Shown here: one piece after another, positions 26,799 to 37,870 of the stretch | How the letters are laid out: each line of letters starts with the position of its first letter | How positions within the stretch are numbered: the first letter of the stretch is position 1 | IMG/VR virus record: IMGVR_UViG_3300006880_000001 | Span: 65,360 to 129,359 of that record | Direction: 5' to 3' (one strand) | DNA length: 64,000 bases | DNA from: a virus | Program-made: the position numbers and the translations under genes | Notes under the pieces: generated by a model | Databases searched by the model: none | Told to the model about the DNA's origin: nothing | What the model saw: only the letters and a program-made list of their open reading frames with translations

Positions 26799-27013
26799 CC
26801 ATGCCGCGGCGGGGACCCCAGGGGCCGTTCCGTGGCCGCATCGTCGCCTTCGACGCCGCCTCCTACGCGGGTCGAGTGGCCATCGACCTGGAGGTTTGGC
26901 CGTTCCGTGCTACGTGCTGCAACCACGACCTTGTGGTCGATTCTGTCGTCAGCGTGTACCTCGACCACCGCGATCGCGTCTTCGCCATCCGTCGCCCAAA
27001 GGAAGAAAAATGA
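26795..27013 (+). CDS. Small cold-shock-like OB-fold protein
   Basis: GRIVAFDAASYAGRV...F... pattern; overlaps both neighbours by 4 nt. Confidence 0.4.
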   Translation: MTMPRRGPQGPFRGRIVAFDAASYAGRVAIDLEVWPFRATCCNHDLVVDSVVSVYLDHRDRVFAIRRPKEEK

Positions 27014-27588
27014 AGCTCGTCATGGCCGTCGTCCTCATCTGGCTGTCCTTCGGCTGCCAGGAGATGAAGAACACCAACAAGGAAGCCCAGCGCGAACAGC
27101 AGATCACCGAGGCCTACCAAAGCCGCCTCAACCAAGCGGTCCCGTACCCGTTGGCGCAGATGCACGACAGCCTCGAGCGTCGCAACATTCGCGAGCGCCT
27201 CCTGCGGTTCAACAACCCAGCCAAGATCGGGTACGTCTACCTCTTCACGCCGATGGGTCAGATGATCGGCTACTACACGATCAAGGGCAAGGTGACATCC
27301 ACCCAGAGCCAAATGACGGTGCCGCAGACGGTCGTTTGCCCCGACGTCTACGACAAAGGCGGTACGCTCGATCCGTGCTTCACGATCGATGCGATGGGCG
27401 ACGACGGTAGCTATGGACCCAACGAAGGTGGTGACGATGGGATCTTCTTCTTCACCACCGAGGGGGTGATGCTCTCCTGGAACGGCCTCTGGCTGTACAG
27501 CGACGCTCCCCTCAGCGTCGACGTCAAGCCGCTCACCATCTACGACGCCACGACCGCGAAGCCGTCGAGCACGGCCGAGTTGCCATGA
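27010..27588 (+). CDS. Phage lipoprotein
   Basis: Lipobox-like LSFGC; SLERRN, YVYL, KGKVTS, DGSYGPN, GIFFFT motifs seen in phage lipoproteins. Confidence 0.65.
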   Translation: MKLVMAVVLIWLSFGCQEMKNTNKEAQREQQITEAYQSRLNQAVPYPLAQMHDSLERRNIRERLLRFNNPAKIGYVYLFTPMGQMIGYYTIKGKVTSTQSQMTVPQTVVCPDVYDKGGTLDPCFTIDAMGDDGSYGPNEGGDDGIFFFTTEGVMLSWNGLWLYSDAPLSVDVKPLTIYDATTAKPSSTAELP

Positions 27589-28036
27589 GCCGACCATCCG
27601 AGATGGCCCCAAACTGGCCGATGATCGTCATCGTGGCCATTGCGCTCGCGGCCCTCGCCGGCGCGGTCGTCCAGAGCTGTACGACCCGAGGAGCGGACGA
27701 GGCAGCCTACGATGCTGCGGCCATCTTGGGCGAGCAGGTCGAATGCTTTGGGATGGGACACCTCAGCGACAACGTATGCATCGGCAAGACGTCCAAACGC
27801 GGTGTCCGTTGTCCACTCAGTCCGAGTCGTCCTTGCTTCCTCATCACCCCAGCCCAAGCGGAGAGACCGTGATCCTGAATGTGTTCATTTTCATCCTGGT
27901 TGTTGTCATCTACTGCGTTCCGGTCCTCGTTGGCTACCTCGTCGGGGGTGACGTCGATACGGCGATCGCCACCGGACTGGCTAGCGCCAGCATCCCCGCT
28001 GTCTTGTGGATCGTCGGCCTCGGCCGCGGCAAATGA
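27585..28036 (+). other. Two small membrane CDS (27585-27872, 27869-28036)
   Basis: Hydrophobic segments; 4-nt overlaps. Confidence 0.5.
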
Positions 28037-28653
28037 AGAAGCCGTACCCATTGCAGTGGCCGGAAGGCTGGCCGCGGACCAAGACGTCTCGGCGTCGGCG
28101 GGCTCGCTTCGACACCGGCCTCCACGACGCCGCACGGGGCATCGTGGACAACCTGCGCATGATGCAGGCCCGCCAGGTGGTCATCACCACCGACATGCCG
28201 GCGCGCAGCGACGGCCTGCCCTACGCGACCGCACGTGAGCCGGAGGACGTCGGCGTCGCGGTCTGGTGGGTCGACGAGCACGGCAACGAGCGGGTCATCG
28301 CGTGTGATGTCTGGGAGAAAGTCGGAGACAACCTGCACGCCATCGAGCTCAGCCTGGCTGCGCTCCGAGGCCTCGATCGCTGGGGGGCGAGCGAGGTAGT
28401 CAAGCGTGCCTTCGCGGGCTTCGCGGCGTTGCCACCGGGTGGGGATAGCCCACCTCGACGATCGTGGCGTGAGGTGCTCGGCGCCGAGGGACTCGAGAGC
28501 TTCCCACCCGAGGATCAGTGGGTCATGGTCAAGGCACTCCATCGGTCTCGGATGGAGGCGGCGCACCCGGACGCAGGTGGGACCACCGAGCAGGCGCTGG
28601 AGCTGAACGCGGCCCTCGACGAGGCCAAGCTCGAGCTGCAGCCCAGTCGGTAG
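28033..28653 (+). CDS. Phage DnaJ (J-domain) protein
   Basis: YPLQWPEGWPRT N-terminus; C-terminal WREVLG...AHPDAGG...LNAA. Confidence 0.85.
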   Translation: MKKPYPLQWPEGWPRTKTSRRRRARFDTGLHDAARGIVDNLRMMQARQVVITTDMPARSDGLPYATAREPEDVGVAVWWVDEHGNERVIACDVWEKVGDNLHAIELSLAALRGLDRWGASEVVKRAFAGFAALPPGGDSPPRRSWREVLGAEGLESFPPEDQWVMVKALHRSRMEAAHPDAGGTTEQALELNAALDEAKLELQPSR

Positions 28654-28795
28654 CACGTGGGATCGTCTGGTCCAGCCAGTCGGTCACCCCTACCGGGCTA
28701 ATGTCTTAGGATTCCACATCAATTAGGATTGGATGTGCCGTTCGTTGTGAACGGGAGTACGATTTGAACGTTGTTACTCCGCGGAGGCCTCTCCA

Positions 28796-29412
28796 ATGCG
28801 CATCGCTTGGCAAAGCGGTTCCTGGCGAGATGAAGACGGAATCCTCGTGGACCTGACAGACGCCAAGCTCGGTGATCGCCGGATCACCTGCTACTGCAAG
28901 GCGGAGGTTCAGACCGACGGTGCGCCATTGGCGGCTGTCGCCGGTCTCGTCGCGGGTGCCGTGCGCGCGTTCCGAGAGGTCAGCTGGACAGTCATGCTCT
29001 GCGATCGGACGTGGGCACTCCCAACGTACGCGGACCTTCTCAACTTCTGGTACGGGCTCGACCTCGCGCTCACTAACTTCGACTGTATGTTGCTTCCCCT
29101 GGCCGCGATTGCATCGAGGACCAACTGATGCTCCGTCGACACGTCAAACCGGGACAGCGTTTCTACTACCTCTACTGCGGCGCCCCAGGACACTTCTCGT
29201 GGACGGCGATCGACGGGGAGACCGACGACGGCCCAGGTCACGTCGGCGTCCACCCAGCGCGCGTGACGTGGGACGTGGCGCTTGTCGACGCGGACTACCA
29301 GGCGGAGCTCGAACGTAGGATCCACGACGTCTGCACCGATCCGACGCTCGAGACGATGCGCGCCGAGGACTTCGGCCGCTGGCTAGCGGACCTGCAGTTC
29401 GGATCGGGCTGA
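28796..29412 (+). other. Two hypothetical CDS (28796-29128, 29128-29412)
   Basis: GGAGG RBS; TGATG coupling. Confidence 0.5.
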
Positions 29413-29415
29413 TCG

Positions 29416-29436
29416 GTCACCGCGCGGTGGTAGCGT
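29416..29436 (+). promoter_or_regulatory. GTCACC-N6-TGnTA motif
   Basis: GTCACC GCGCGG TGG TAGCGT; ATG 29444 7 nt later. Confidence 0.7.
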
Positions 29437-29443
29437 CGCGGTG

Positions 29444-29860
29444 ATGAATCTGACCTTCCCCCGCCTGACCTACATCGCGCATCCGATCGGGCGCCCGCCC
29501 GATCGCGACAAGAACCTGCAGCGCGTCCTGCGCTGGTTCGCCTGGGCGATCGTCCAGGATCCCAACTCGGCCTTCGTCATCCCCTACAAGCCGTACTGCG
29601 ACGTGCTCGAGGAGACCGACGAGAACCGGGCGCGTGGCATCCGCGACGATCTCGTGGCGCTTAGCCGCTGCGACAACATCTGGCTCGTCGGCGGACTGAT
29701 CTCGCCGGGCATGCAGGGCGAATTCGACTACATGGTGGAGCTTGGCCGTCCGGTCCACGACTTCACCGCGCTCGGCCCTGAGCCGCCGGTCGGTCCTGTC
29801 CGCATGACCGGCGAGCAGACACCCTACGGCTTCCTCTGTACGGGGTGGGCGCCGTGCTAG
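29444..29860 (+). CDS. DUF4406/nucleoside deoxyribosyltransferase-like protein
   Basis: YIAHP...LSRCDNIWLVGG.ISPGMQGE pattern. Confidence 0.65.
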   Translation: MNLTFPRLTYIAHPIGRPPDRDKNLQRVLRWFAWAIVQDPNSAFVIPYKPYCDVLEETDENRARGIRDDLVALSRCDNIWLVGGLISPGMQGEFDYMVELGRPVHDFTALGPEPPVGPVRMTGEQTPYGFLCTGWAPC

Positions 29861-30921
29861 GCCGGCTGCCGGGGGTTGGGACGATCCGCCAAGGCTTCCC
29901 GATCCTCGCCTTCTACCACCCGCGCGACGTCCGCAAGGCCGCATTCGAGGGCCGCAAGGTCTTCGTCTTCGATCCGAAGACTGACCCCAAGGCGTACCGC
30001 CGCGCGCGGCGCTTCGTCGACCGCGAGGAGAACCGACGCCGCGCCATACAGCGTAGCGGCCGCCGCCATGGTGAGCACGTGCCGCCCACACTCGGGCGAC
30101 GCCTCGACGCCCACGGACGCCACCGCATCCTGGCCATCATGGAGCACCGGGCGTGACCTGCCAGACCTGCCAGACCTGCGGGCGCACGAGGATGACGGAC
30201 GAGGAGTGGCAACGTCTTCGCGACACCATCGACGCCCTCGGGCTCCGGCACGAATGGTGGCGACGCGTTCGCGAGATGGCCCCGCACCTCTTCCCAGGGA
30301 AGTGCTACGGGAGCACGGACTGCGTTCCCATCGACTGGAAGTCTCGTGCGGTCGCCGCCGAAGCCGACCTGGTGAAGCTCGCGACCTGCGTGCACGGCGA
30401 CCGCGCCGACATCGTCGTCTGGCCGCTATGGTTCGACGGCAAGACCCGCGTCGACATCGTCTGGTGTCGCCGTTGCGGCGCCGCGCGTGTGGACAAGGAC
30501 GGCCGTCAGGGAGAATGGATGCGGCCCTACCAAGTTCGCGTCCAAGCCGCGGAAGGGAATGGTCACCCCGGCGTGGTAGATTCTTCGGATGAACCTCCCG
30601 ACACCGCCGAACGGCGCGACGATCGAGGCGGCCTTCAAGGCTGACCCCGGCCACACCGCCGTCTACCTGCGGAGCCGGACCGCCACGGGCTCCCCCGAGT
30701 ACAGCCTCTACCCGGTGATCCTCTGGGTCGTCGTCCGCGACGACCAGGGCCAGATCATCCGTCCCTACACCCACCGCTTGGACGGCGCCGTCGTCGATGT
30801 CGAAGACATCGGCATGCCACTCGTCTGCGTCGTGACCCCCAACGAGGACGCCATCAAGACGGCCGACGCCGTCATCGCCGTCACGGAGGGCCTCCCGGAG
30901 TCGGTGGGGCTCCCCTCCTGA
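29854..30921 (+). other. Three hypothetical CDS (29854-30156, 30153-30644 Cys-rich, 30589-30921)
   Basis: Coupled ORFs; 30589 start is 6 nt after the motif at 30562-30582. Confidence 0.5.
30562..30582 (+). promoter_or_regulatory. GTCACC-N6-TGnTA motif
   Basis: GTCACC CCGGCG TGG TAGATT; ATG 6 nt later. Confidence 0.7.
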
Positions 30922-30962
30922 ACCTGCTGGTGCCGTCACCCAACTTGGGCGATGCTCGTCGA

Positions 30963-31202
30963 ATGGTAACGCTCGAAGCCACACAGACGTTCCTCGGTCA
31001 TGCCCGTCCGCAGGTGGGGCTCCTTGGCCGCGCGGCCGCGCTTCTCGGCCTGCCCCTACCGGAACGGACGGTGACCTACTCCTCGCTCAGCGGAGCGTCG
31101 ACGGGTTCCCTCGGGGCCGTCATCGGCCTCGGCCTCGGCGCCGCGCTGGGGGCGCACCTGCTGCGCCGCCACCGGCCGCATCGCCGTCGGCGCCGGCGAT
31201 GA
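30963..31202 (+). CDS. Small membrane protein with poly-Arg tail
   Basis: ...LGAVIGLGLGAALGAHLLRRHRPHRRRRRR. Confidence 0.6.
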   Translation: MVTLEATQTFLGHARPQVGLLGRAAALLGLPLPERTVTYSSLSGASTGSLGAVIGLGLGAALGAHLLRRHRPHRRRRRR

Positions 31203-31528
31203 GGTGGCGCGCGTTCTGGCGTGGGTTCCTCTCCGGCCTCGACCTCACCGGAGCCTTCCCGTCCACCCCGCGACGACTGCTGCGCAGGCCGGTGGCGGAG
31301 GCGTTCGCCGACGACTGGCGCGCGGTCGGCAACGACCTCCGCAAGGCCCTGCACCAACTGAAGCATGGACGAGACGACGATCCTGCGTGAGCTGACGGCC
31401 AAGAAGAAGCCGATCGTGGATCCGTTCTACTGCCCACTGTGCGGGTACCACATCGTGCTCGACCTTGATGGTCATTTCCTGCCGTGCCTGCTCCGACACG
31501 CGATCACCGTCCAGTTCGATCCCCGCGC

Positions 31529-31557
31529 TTGACACGCTTCCTACCCGTGGGTAGGGT
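31529..31557 (+). promoter_or_regulatory. Sigma70-type promoter
   Basis: TTGACA-17 nt-TAGGGT, 8 nt before ATG 31566. Confidence 0.6.
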
Positions 31558-31565
31558 GGAAGGCC

Positions 31566-32996
31566 ATGAGCCATCGCCACCCCAAGACGACGAAGCCTCC
31601 GAAGCACCTCTCCGAGCCCGAGCGGATGGCGTTCGTGGGTAAGGGGCCGACGACCCGGTACGTGGGGGGTGACAAGACACCACCGACGCCGTCGCCTCCC
31701 CCCATCCAGGCACGCGTTCCTCCCGAGGTCGTCCGCCTGGCGAGGGAGGTGGCAGTGGGGTCCATGCGCCACGGTCGACCGCGCACGGCTACCGAGCAGC
31801 TATTCGCCAAGGTCATCATCGCCATGGACGAAGCCATCCAGGTGGCTCCGATCTGCCAGGGTGACTGCATGCACGGAACCTGCGCTGTCATCCGCGGCTT
31901 CAAGGCTGCGCTCGATCCGAGGTGACCGTGACGAAGGCCAAGACAAAGGAGCGCCCGTTCAAGAACGGCGACGTCGTCGTCTGGCGCTCCCCCACATCAT
32001 GGAGTGGCAGTCGATGGATCTGGGGGCGGGTTCGTCGTGTCACGTTGGCGGGGACGGTCATCTGCAACGCGGTCGGGTCAGCGGAGACCGTTCAGTTCCG
32101 TCGCGGCAAGCACGGGGAGATGTCGCGGGGGATGCGTCACGCGACGACCGAGGAGATCGCCCAGCGCACCTGGCGCGCCCGTCGTCCGTCCTCCATCCTC
32201 ATCTCGTTCCGGTCGGGGTTCGATGGCGGCGACCGTTTCACAGTCGCCGACGTCGACCTCACCGAGTTCAACCTCACCAGGGTCATCGACGATCTTACGG
32301 CGCTCCAGAAGTGGTTGCGGGAGAAGCCATGACGTCGGAATACGAGAAGATGCTCGAGGACGCCAGGGCCGCAGCCGAAGCGACCTGGGCACGCCTGACG
32401 GCTGCGACCGAGTACCACGTCGAGGCCGACGAGTTCGCCACCGGCGAGCTGTGGCTGACCTGGTGTTACCACGGCGGGCTCCCGTGGGAGGCTCAGAGTC
32501 CTGGGATGTGGACCGAGATCGGCAAGTTCCATGGCGAACCGGTCTGTGTCAGCGTCAGCTGGATCAAGGTCGACGCGTACACCATCGCGTTGTGGAACCC
32601 GACCAGCCGCGTCGTCAGCTACGACCTCGTCGAGGCGTGGTTGCGCGAGACGTTTCCCAACGTGAAGCGGAGATCCAACGCCCTCAACTTCCACAACATC
32701 GTACTCGACATTGGGCATCGCCGTGGCAGCCGGTTCCAGCTCGACATGGATCGGCTGAGGAAGCGATGAAGAATCCCCATAACCTACTCGTCGCGTTGGA
32801 CCCGCCTCGGGACGCCCCGCCACGACGGTGGCGGTGCCGTTACTGCGGCGTGGAGGGGTTGTGGGAGGAGGTCGACGCCGCGGCCTGCACGTACGTCTAT
32901 CCGCCCTGCGATCACTGCGGTCAGACGCCGACCTGCGCCAAGGACTGCGCCGGGATCGCCATGGCCCTCGCGAGCCTCGATCCCAACGTAAACTAG
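31566..32996 (+). other. Four coupled hypothetical CDS (31566-31925, 31922-32332, 32329-32769, 32766-32996 Zn-finger)
   Basis: ATGA/GTGA overlaps; last has CRYC...CDHC...C...C. Confidence 0.55.
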
Positions 32997-32998
32997 GT

Positions 32999-33019
32999 GT
33001 CACCCCGCTCTGGTACGGT
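32999..33019 (+). promoter_or_regulatory. GTCACC-N6-TGnTA motif
   Basis: GTCACC CCGCTC TGG TACGGT; GTG 33027 7 nt later. Confidence 0.7.
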
Positions 33020-33026
33020 CTCGCCC

Positions 33027-35339
33027 GTGAAGACCTACCGTATCGACAAGAACCTCTTCCTCGTCCTCCAGCCCGTGCCGAAGACGCGCGCGGCCATCCC
33101 GGTCCCGCAGCCGACCAACCACATCGTGGTCGTCGACTGCAGCGGGAGCATGACGGGCGACCTGCCCAAGCTGCGGACGCACCTGAAGTCGAAGCTGGTG
33201 ACGCTCCTGCGCACCGACGACACGCTGACCGTCATCTGGTTCTCGGGCAAGGGCGAGTTCGGGGTCTTGGTCGAGGGCCAAAAGGCTGCCACCGCCAAGG
33301 ACCTGAAGGGGTTCCACGACGCCATCGATCGGTGGTTGCGTCCGATCGGCCTCACCGGCTTCAAGGAGCCGCTCGAGGAGGTCGCCAAGGTCATCAAGCG
33401 CGTCAAGAACGGCAACCCGTTCTCGCTCTTCTTCATGAGCGACGGCTGCGACAACCAATGGCCGCGCGCCGACATCCTGAAGACGGTCGAGCAGGCGACG
33501 GGAGGACTCGCCGCCGCGGCCTTCGTCGAGTACGGCTTCTACGCCGACCGAGCTCTCCTCGCCGCCATGGCCGAGCGGGCCGGCGGCCGGCACCTCTTCG
33601 CCCGTGACTTCGCCGAGTACGAGCCGGTCCTGAACAACACCATCGAGACGCGTGCCCTGAACGCCGTGCGCGTGCCGGTGACGATCCGGCAGTCGGTCAT
33701 CGACGGCGTGGCCTTTACCTTCGGAACCGATCATCGGGAGCTCTTCACCTTCACCGTCGAGGGCACTGCCGACGCCGGTGCGGATCAGGTCGTGGTCCCC
33801 GAGAACCTCGACGTGATCGCCTACCTGTCGGAGGAGCATCGCGGTGACGTCGACGACCTCCCGATGATCGCCGCGAACGTGAACGCGCGGAAGAAGGGGT
33901 CGCCGATGACCGAGGCCTACGCTGCCCTCGCCCTCTTCGCTATCCGCATGCGGCCCAACGTCGTCTACCCGATCCTGAAGGCGCTCGCCGACGCCGCGCT
34001 GATCGAGCAGTTCTCCGGGTGCTTCGGCAAGCAGCGCTACTCGGACTTCGTCGACAAGGCGCTCCACTTCGCCACCTCGCCGACCAGTCGGTACCCGCAG
34101 GGCTGGGACCCGACCAAGGTCCCCGACGACAACGCCTTCACGGTCCTCGAGCTCCTCCAGTACCTGTCCTGGGACCACAACAACCGGCTCCTCCTCGACT
34201 CACCCGAGTTCAAGTACAGCCGCATCAGCCGCGGTCGGGTCGACGCCACCGAGGTCATGACCGACGTCGAGCAGACCCGCATCGCCGAGATCACGGCCGA
34301 GATGGCCAAGACCAAGGCGGCCAAGAAGGTCAAGGAGCTGCAGGCCGAGCTCGATCGGCTGATGCAGGCCAAGGGTACCGCCTTCACGTTCACGCCCGAG
34401 CCGAACCCGGACGGCTACCCGATCGAGAACCTGACCTACAACGAGGACCGCCCGAACATCTCGGTCCTCGTGAAGAAGTCCGGCACCGTCGATCTCACGG
34501 GCCGCATCCCGGCGGGGCTGAAGCTGCCCGCGCAGCTCCCGACCCACATCTGGCGCAACTACGCCATCATCCGCGACGGCCTCGTCAACGTCGACATCCT
34601 GCCGGCGCAGGTGGTGCCGACCACGGCGAAGGACCTCCGCACCCGCGGCTGCGACATGACGCCGGTGAACGGGGTCGAGGCCATCCGCGTCCACCTCCTG
34701 CCGATCCTGAACCGGACGATGGTCAAGGAGGCCAGCGCCGAGGACCTGATCCGCATGCAGTGGAACCTGACCCGACTGCGGGCCGCCCAGAAGGTCCTCA
34801 ACCACTTCAAGAAGAAGGTGGCTGCCCTCGATCCGAAGCCGCCGGCGACGCTCGCCTCGACGTACGGCGAGGCCGAAGCGACCTGGCTCAAGGATGTCGT
34901 CGGAGTCACCGACGGCGGCTTCGCACCCAAGCACACCGTCCAGGCCGAGTCGAAGGACTTCTACCTGGGCAAGGAGCTCACGGTCAAGCTCAAGGGCTAC
35001 TCGAGCCTACCGACCGTCGACGAGGTCGCTGCCAAGCTGAAGGGGGGCAAGCTCAACGGACCCGGCGCGCTCATGGTGACCACCCTCGAAGAGTGCCTCA
35101 ACCGAGGCCTCTCAGGCCCGACGGGTGACGTCGCCTGGCTCGAGAAGCAAGCCCGGCTCGCGACGGTGTCGACCCGCCAGCTCATCCAACAGATCGCCGA
35201 GATCAAGTTCGCCATCATCGTCGGCCAGGTCTGGTTCAAGGAGTGGGCGTCCCTCGCCGAGAACACGATGCGCCTCGCATGCGACGGCGTCGACATCCTC
35301 GGCACCATCGAGATGAAGGACGTGGAGATCCGGGTATGA
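33027..35339 (+). CDS. Large phage vWA-domain protein
   Basis: NHIVVVDCSGSM, IWFSG, GLTGF, FFMSDG MIDAS elements at the N-terminus. Confidence 0.8.
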   Translation: MKTYRIDKNLFLVLQPVPKTRAAIPVPQPTNHIVVVDCSGSMTGDLPKLRTHLKSKLVTLLRTDDTLTVIWFSGKGEFGVLVEGQKAATAKDLKGFHDAIDRWLRPIGLTGFKEPLEEVAKVIKRVKNGNPFSLFFMSDGCDNQWPRADILKTVEQATGGLAAAAFVEYGFYADRALLAAMAERAGGRHLFARDFAEYEPVLNNTIETRALNAVRVPVTIRQSVIDGVAFTFGTDHRELFTFTVEGTADAGADQVVVPENLDVIAYLSEEHRGDVDDLPMIAANVNARKKGSPMTEAYAALALFAIRMRPNVVYPILKALADAALIEQFSGCFGKQRYSDFVDKALHFATSPTSRYPQGWDPTKVPDDNAFTVLELLQYLSWDHNNRLLLDSPEFKYSRISRGRVDATEVMTDVEQTRIAEITAEMAKTKAAKKVKELQAELDRLMQAKGTAFTFTPEPNPDGYPIENLTYNEDRPNISVLVKKSGTVDLTGRIPAGLKLPAQLPTHIWRNYAIIRDGLVNVDILPAQVVPTTAKDLRTRGCDMTPVNGVEAIRVHLLPILNRTMVKEASAEDLIRMQWNLTRLRAAQKVLNHFKKKVAALDPKPPATLASTYGEAEATWLKDVVGVTDGGFAPKHTVQAESKDFYLGKELTVKLKGYSSLPTVDEVAAKLKGGKLNGPGALMVTTLEECLNRGLSGPTGDVAWLEKQARLATVSTRQLIQQIAEIKFAIIVGQVWFKEWASLAENTMRLACDGVDILGTIEMKDVEIRV

Positions 35340-35359
35340 CCGCACCCGAAGGAGGAGAC

Positions 35360-35557
35360 ATGAGCAGCGACTGGGACGGCTACGAACGGAGCGAGGCCAC
35401 GGAACGCGCCCAGGACCGTCACGAGGAGGAACTGCGGAAGCGGGACGAAAGGCTCCTGCGCATCACCGAGATCTATAACGCCTGGGCTGACGGCGACCGA
35501 TCCAGTCCGACCGCCACCCTGCTCTTGATCGGGAAGGCGCTCGGTGAGCCTTTCTGA
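35360..35557 (+). CDS. Hypothetical protein
   Basis: AGGAGG RBS. Confidence 0.5.
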   Translation: MSSDWDGYERSEATERAQDRHEEELRKRDERLLRITEIYNAWADGDRSSPTATLLLIGKALGEPF

Positions 35558-35597
35558 CCGCACCTCCGTCAACTACTAACGCCCGACGAAATGATCC

Positions 35598-36419
35598 GTG
35601 AGTCATCACCAAATGAAACCCATCGCGCTTGTGGACATGGACGGGACTGTCGCCGACTTCGACGGCGCCATGCGACGGGAGCTCGCGCTACTCCGTGCTC
35701 CGGGGGAGCCGGAGACGCATGACGAGACCATCTACGAAGATGTCCCGCACATCAAGGTTCGTCGGCGGCTCATCAAGGGCCGCCCCGGCTTCTGGCGGAA
35801 CCTCGAACCCATCCAACGCGGGATGGATCTCGTGACCGCGCTCCAGTGGCTCGGCTTCGGGATCCACGCCCTCACCAAGGGACCGCGGTCCACGCCGGTG
35901 GCGTGGAAGGAGAAGGTCGAGTGGTGCGTCGAGCATCTGCCGGACGCGATGATCACCCTGACGGAGGACAAGTCCCTCGTCTACGGCAAGGTCCTCGCAG
36001 ACGACTGGCCCGCGTACTATCGGCCGTGGCTGGCGCACCGTCCTCGTGGAATGGTCATCGTTCCCCGCCAGCCGTGGAACGTGGAGGACCTGCTGCGCCC
36101 CGAAGACCAGGATCGGATCATCGCCTACGACGGCACCGGGGACATCGTGACCCGACAGCAAGAGATGGCGGCGATCTGCGCGCGGCTCGCGCTGCAGCTC
36201 TCTGATCCAGCGCCACCAGCCACCGCACCACCGCCCACGCCGTGGCCTGGCCATGCGGTGGTTCTGCCGCCCGGCAGCGTGACCCGCGAGCTCCACGACT
36301 TCGCTGACGCCCTCGACGCGCAGTACGCGAGAGGTCCGATCTCGAAGTCGAGCGGCCGCACGACGACGCGCGCTGGGGGGACGCTGCGCTGGGCCTACGA
36401 CGCGAAGGACGCGAAGTGA
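35598..36419 (+). CDS. HAD-family 5'(3')-deoxyribonucleotidase-like protein
   Basis: LVDMDGTVADF, FWRNLEP, KVEW, DKSLVYG..LADD, PWN. Confidence 0.85.
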   Translation: MSHHQMKPIALVDMDGTVADFDGAMRRELALLRAPGEPETHDETIYEDVPHIKVRRRLIKGRPGFWRNLEPIQRGMDLVTALQWLGFGIHALTKGPRSTPVAWKEKVEWCVEHLPDAMITLTEDKSLVYGKVLADDWPAYYRPWLAHRPRGMVIVPRQPWNVEDLLRPEDQDRIIAYDGTGDIVTRQQEMAAICARLALQLSDPAPPATAPPPTPWPGHAVVLPPGSVTRELHDFADALDAQYARGPISKSSGRTTTRAGGTLRWAYDAKDAK

Positions 36420-36829
36420 TGCCTCGGCCGCGCATCGAGACCCCCGACGAGCTCCTCGACGCCCTCCTGAAGGAGCAGTACGGCGTCTCCGCCCGGCTGC
36501 ACTGCTTCGGTGACCACGATTCGCACCCGGCTGTGTGCGTCCATCGCGACGTCGGTTGTCACGTGGACATAACCGCCATCGACGTGGCACCCGAGGTCGC
36601 GCAGTGGGGGATCGCCAGCCGGTTCCTCATCAACGCCCCGGTGTGGGGACGACGATCGGCCTCCGTATGGCGCCTGACCGAGGAGGGCGAGGCGGAGGCC
36701 AGGCAAGCCCGGGTCCGGCTACGAAGCCGACCCAAGCCCCTCCCCCCGGTGTACATCGTCGACCGCGACCCGGGAGACGAGGACGATCATGGGAAGTCGA
36801 AGATGATCTCCTGCGTCGATGTTCCGTAG
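36416..36829 (+). CDS. Hypothetical protein
   Basis: Coupled to the upstream gene. Confidence 0.45.
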   Translation: MMPRPRIETPDELLDALLKEQYGVSARLHCFGDHDSHPAVCVHRDVGCHVDITAIDVAPEVAQWGIASRFLINAPVWGRRSASVWRLTEEGEAEARQARVRLRSRPKPLPPVYIVDRDPGDEDDHGKSKMISCVDVP

Positions 36830-37260
36830 ACGCGGACGAAGTACGCGGCGACGGTCTCCGACGTGGAGCTTCGGTTCAGTTCGACCACGATGTAGTAGTA
36901 GTAGTTGATGAAGTCGTAGGTGTGCGTGAAGTCCTCGATGAGTCGGCGCGTGCCCGGCGCCGACCCGTTGTCCGAGCGGACGGACGCGATCTGGGCCGCC
37001 ACGCCGGTGTTCTTGTGGGCGCGGAACAGGTAGGCGTTGACGTGCGCTGAGGTCCCGGTACCGGTGCTGTCCGTGTAGAGCAGCTCGAGGTACTTGTACT
37101 GCTCGTTCGTCAGCCAGTCCTGGATGTCGCCGACGAGCTGGATCGTCCCGACTTGGCCGGAGGCGAAGCTGATGCCGCCACCGGGGATGGTGGCGTACTT
37201 ACCAGCGCTCTGGGTACTGGGAACGCACGCGTTCGCAACGCTCTGCCATTGCATGATCAT
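36787..37260 (-). CDS. Beta-rich hypothetical protein (possible virion or surface protein)
   Basis: GAGGTG RBS; Tyr/Thr/Ser-rich. Confidence 0.55.
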   Translation of the reverse strand: MIMQWQSVANACVPSTQSAGKYATIPGGGISFASGQVGTIQLVGDIQDWLTNEQYKYLELLYTDSTGTGTSAHVNAYLFRAHKNTGVAAQIASVRSDNGSAPGTRRLIEDFTHTYDFINYYYYIVVELNRSSTSETVAAYFVRVYGTSTQEIIFDFP

Positions 37261-37355
37261 CGACGGTCACCTCAGGTTGGTTTCCCCGAGTTTGTTGACC
37301 GCCCCAAAATCCGTCAAGAAGGCTCACGATGGCTGCGACGGCTTCCTACACGAGT

Positions 37356-37670
37356 TCATCGGAGTCCAAGAGCCATCTCGTCGGCGAGCATCACCAGGAC
37401 ATGACCGTGGCACGGCTCGCCGGCGACACAGTAGCAGCCCAGTCGCTTGCCGTGGAGTTCGAGGATCTGCTCCCGCGACGGCTTCTGCCAGTCCGCGATC
37501 TCGAAGTCGGTCGTGAGCCATCGCGCGTACGCCGAGACCGCGGAGGCCTGGTCGCGAACCACGAACACGGCCTTCGTGCCCTCCTTGTGGCTATACGGGT
37601 TACCGAACGGCGACCCGCGACCGATGAAAACGTCGTACGTCTCGAGGTGGATGTTGACGACGCGGGTCAC
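37356..37670 (-). CDS. DUF4326 family protein
   Basis: YDVFIGRGSPFGNPY...ELHGKRLGCYC...CHGHVL; GTG start 7 nt after the motif at 37678-37698 (-). Confidence 0.85.
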   Translation of the reverse strand: MTRVVNIHLETYDVFIGRGSPFGNPYSHKEGTKAVFVVRDQASAVSAYARWLTTDFEIADWQKPSREQILELHGKRLGCYCVAGEPCHGHVLVMLADEMALGLR

Positions 37671-37677
37671 CGCCATT

Positions 37678-37698
37678 CCCGTATCATGGCGCGGTGAC
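37678..37698 (-). promoter_or_regulatory. GTCACC-N6-TGnTA motif
   Basis: GTCACC GCGCCA TGA TACGGG on the minus strand. Confidence 0.6.
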
Positions 37699-37870
37699 CG
37701 TCCATCTCCAACCACCGCGGTGACCGACGGCGCGGCGTGCGTCGAGTAGCCGCCGCCGGGTGGGATCGGTGGGATGGCATGCGACCAGTCGCCTCAACTC
37801 CGCGTCGATCGCGCGCCAGATGTTGTAGACCAGGTCGATCTTCGCGAACCACGCCGCGGCCCGCGTTCGC

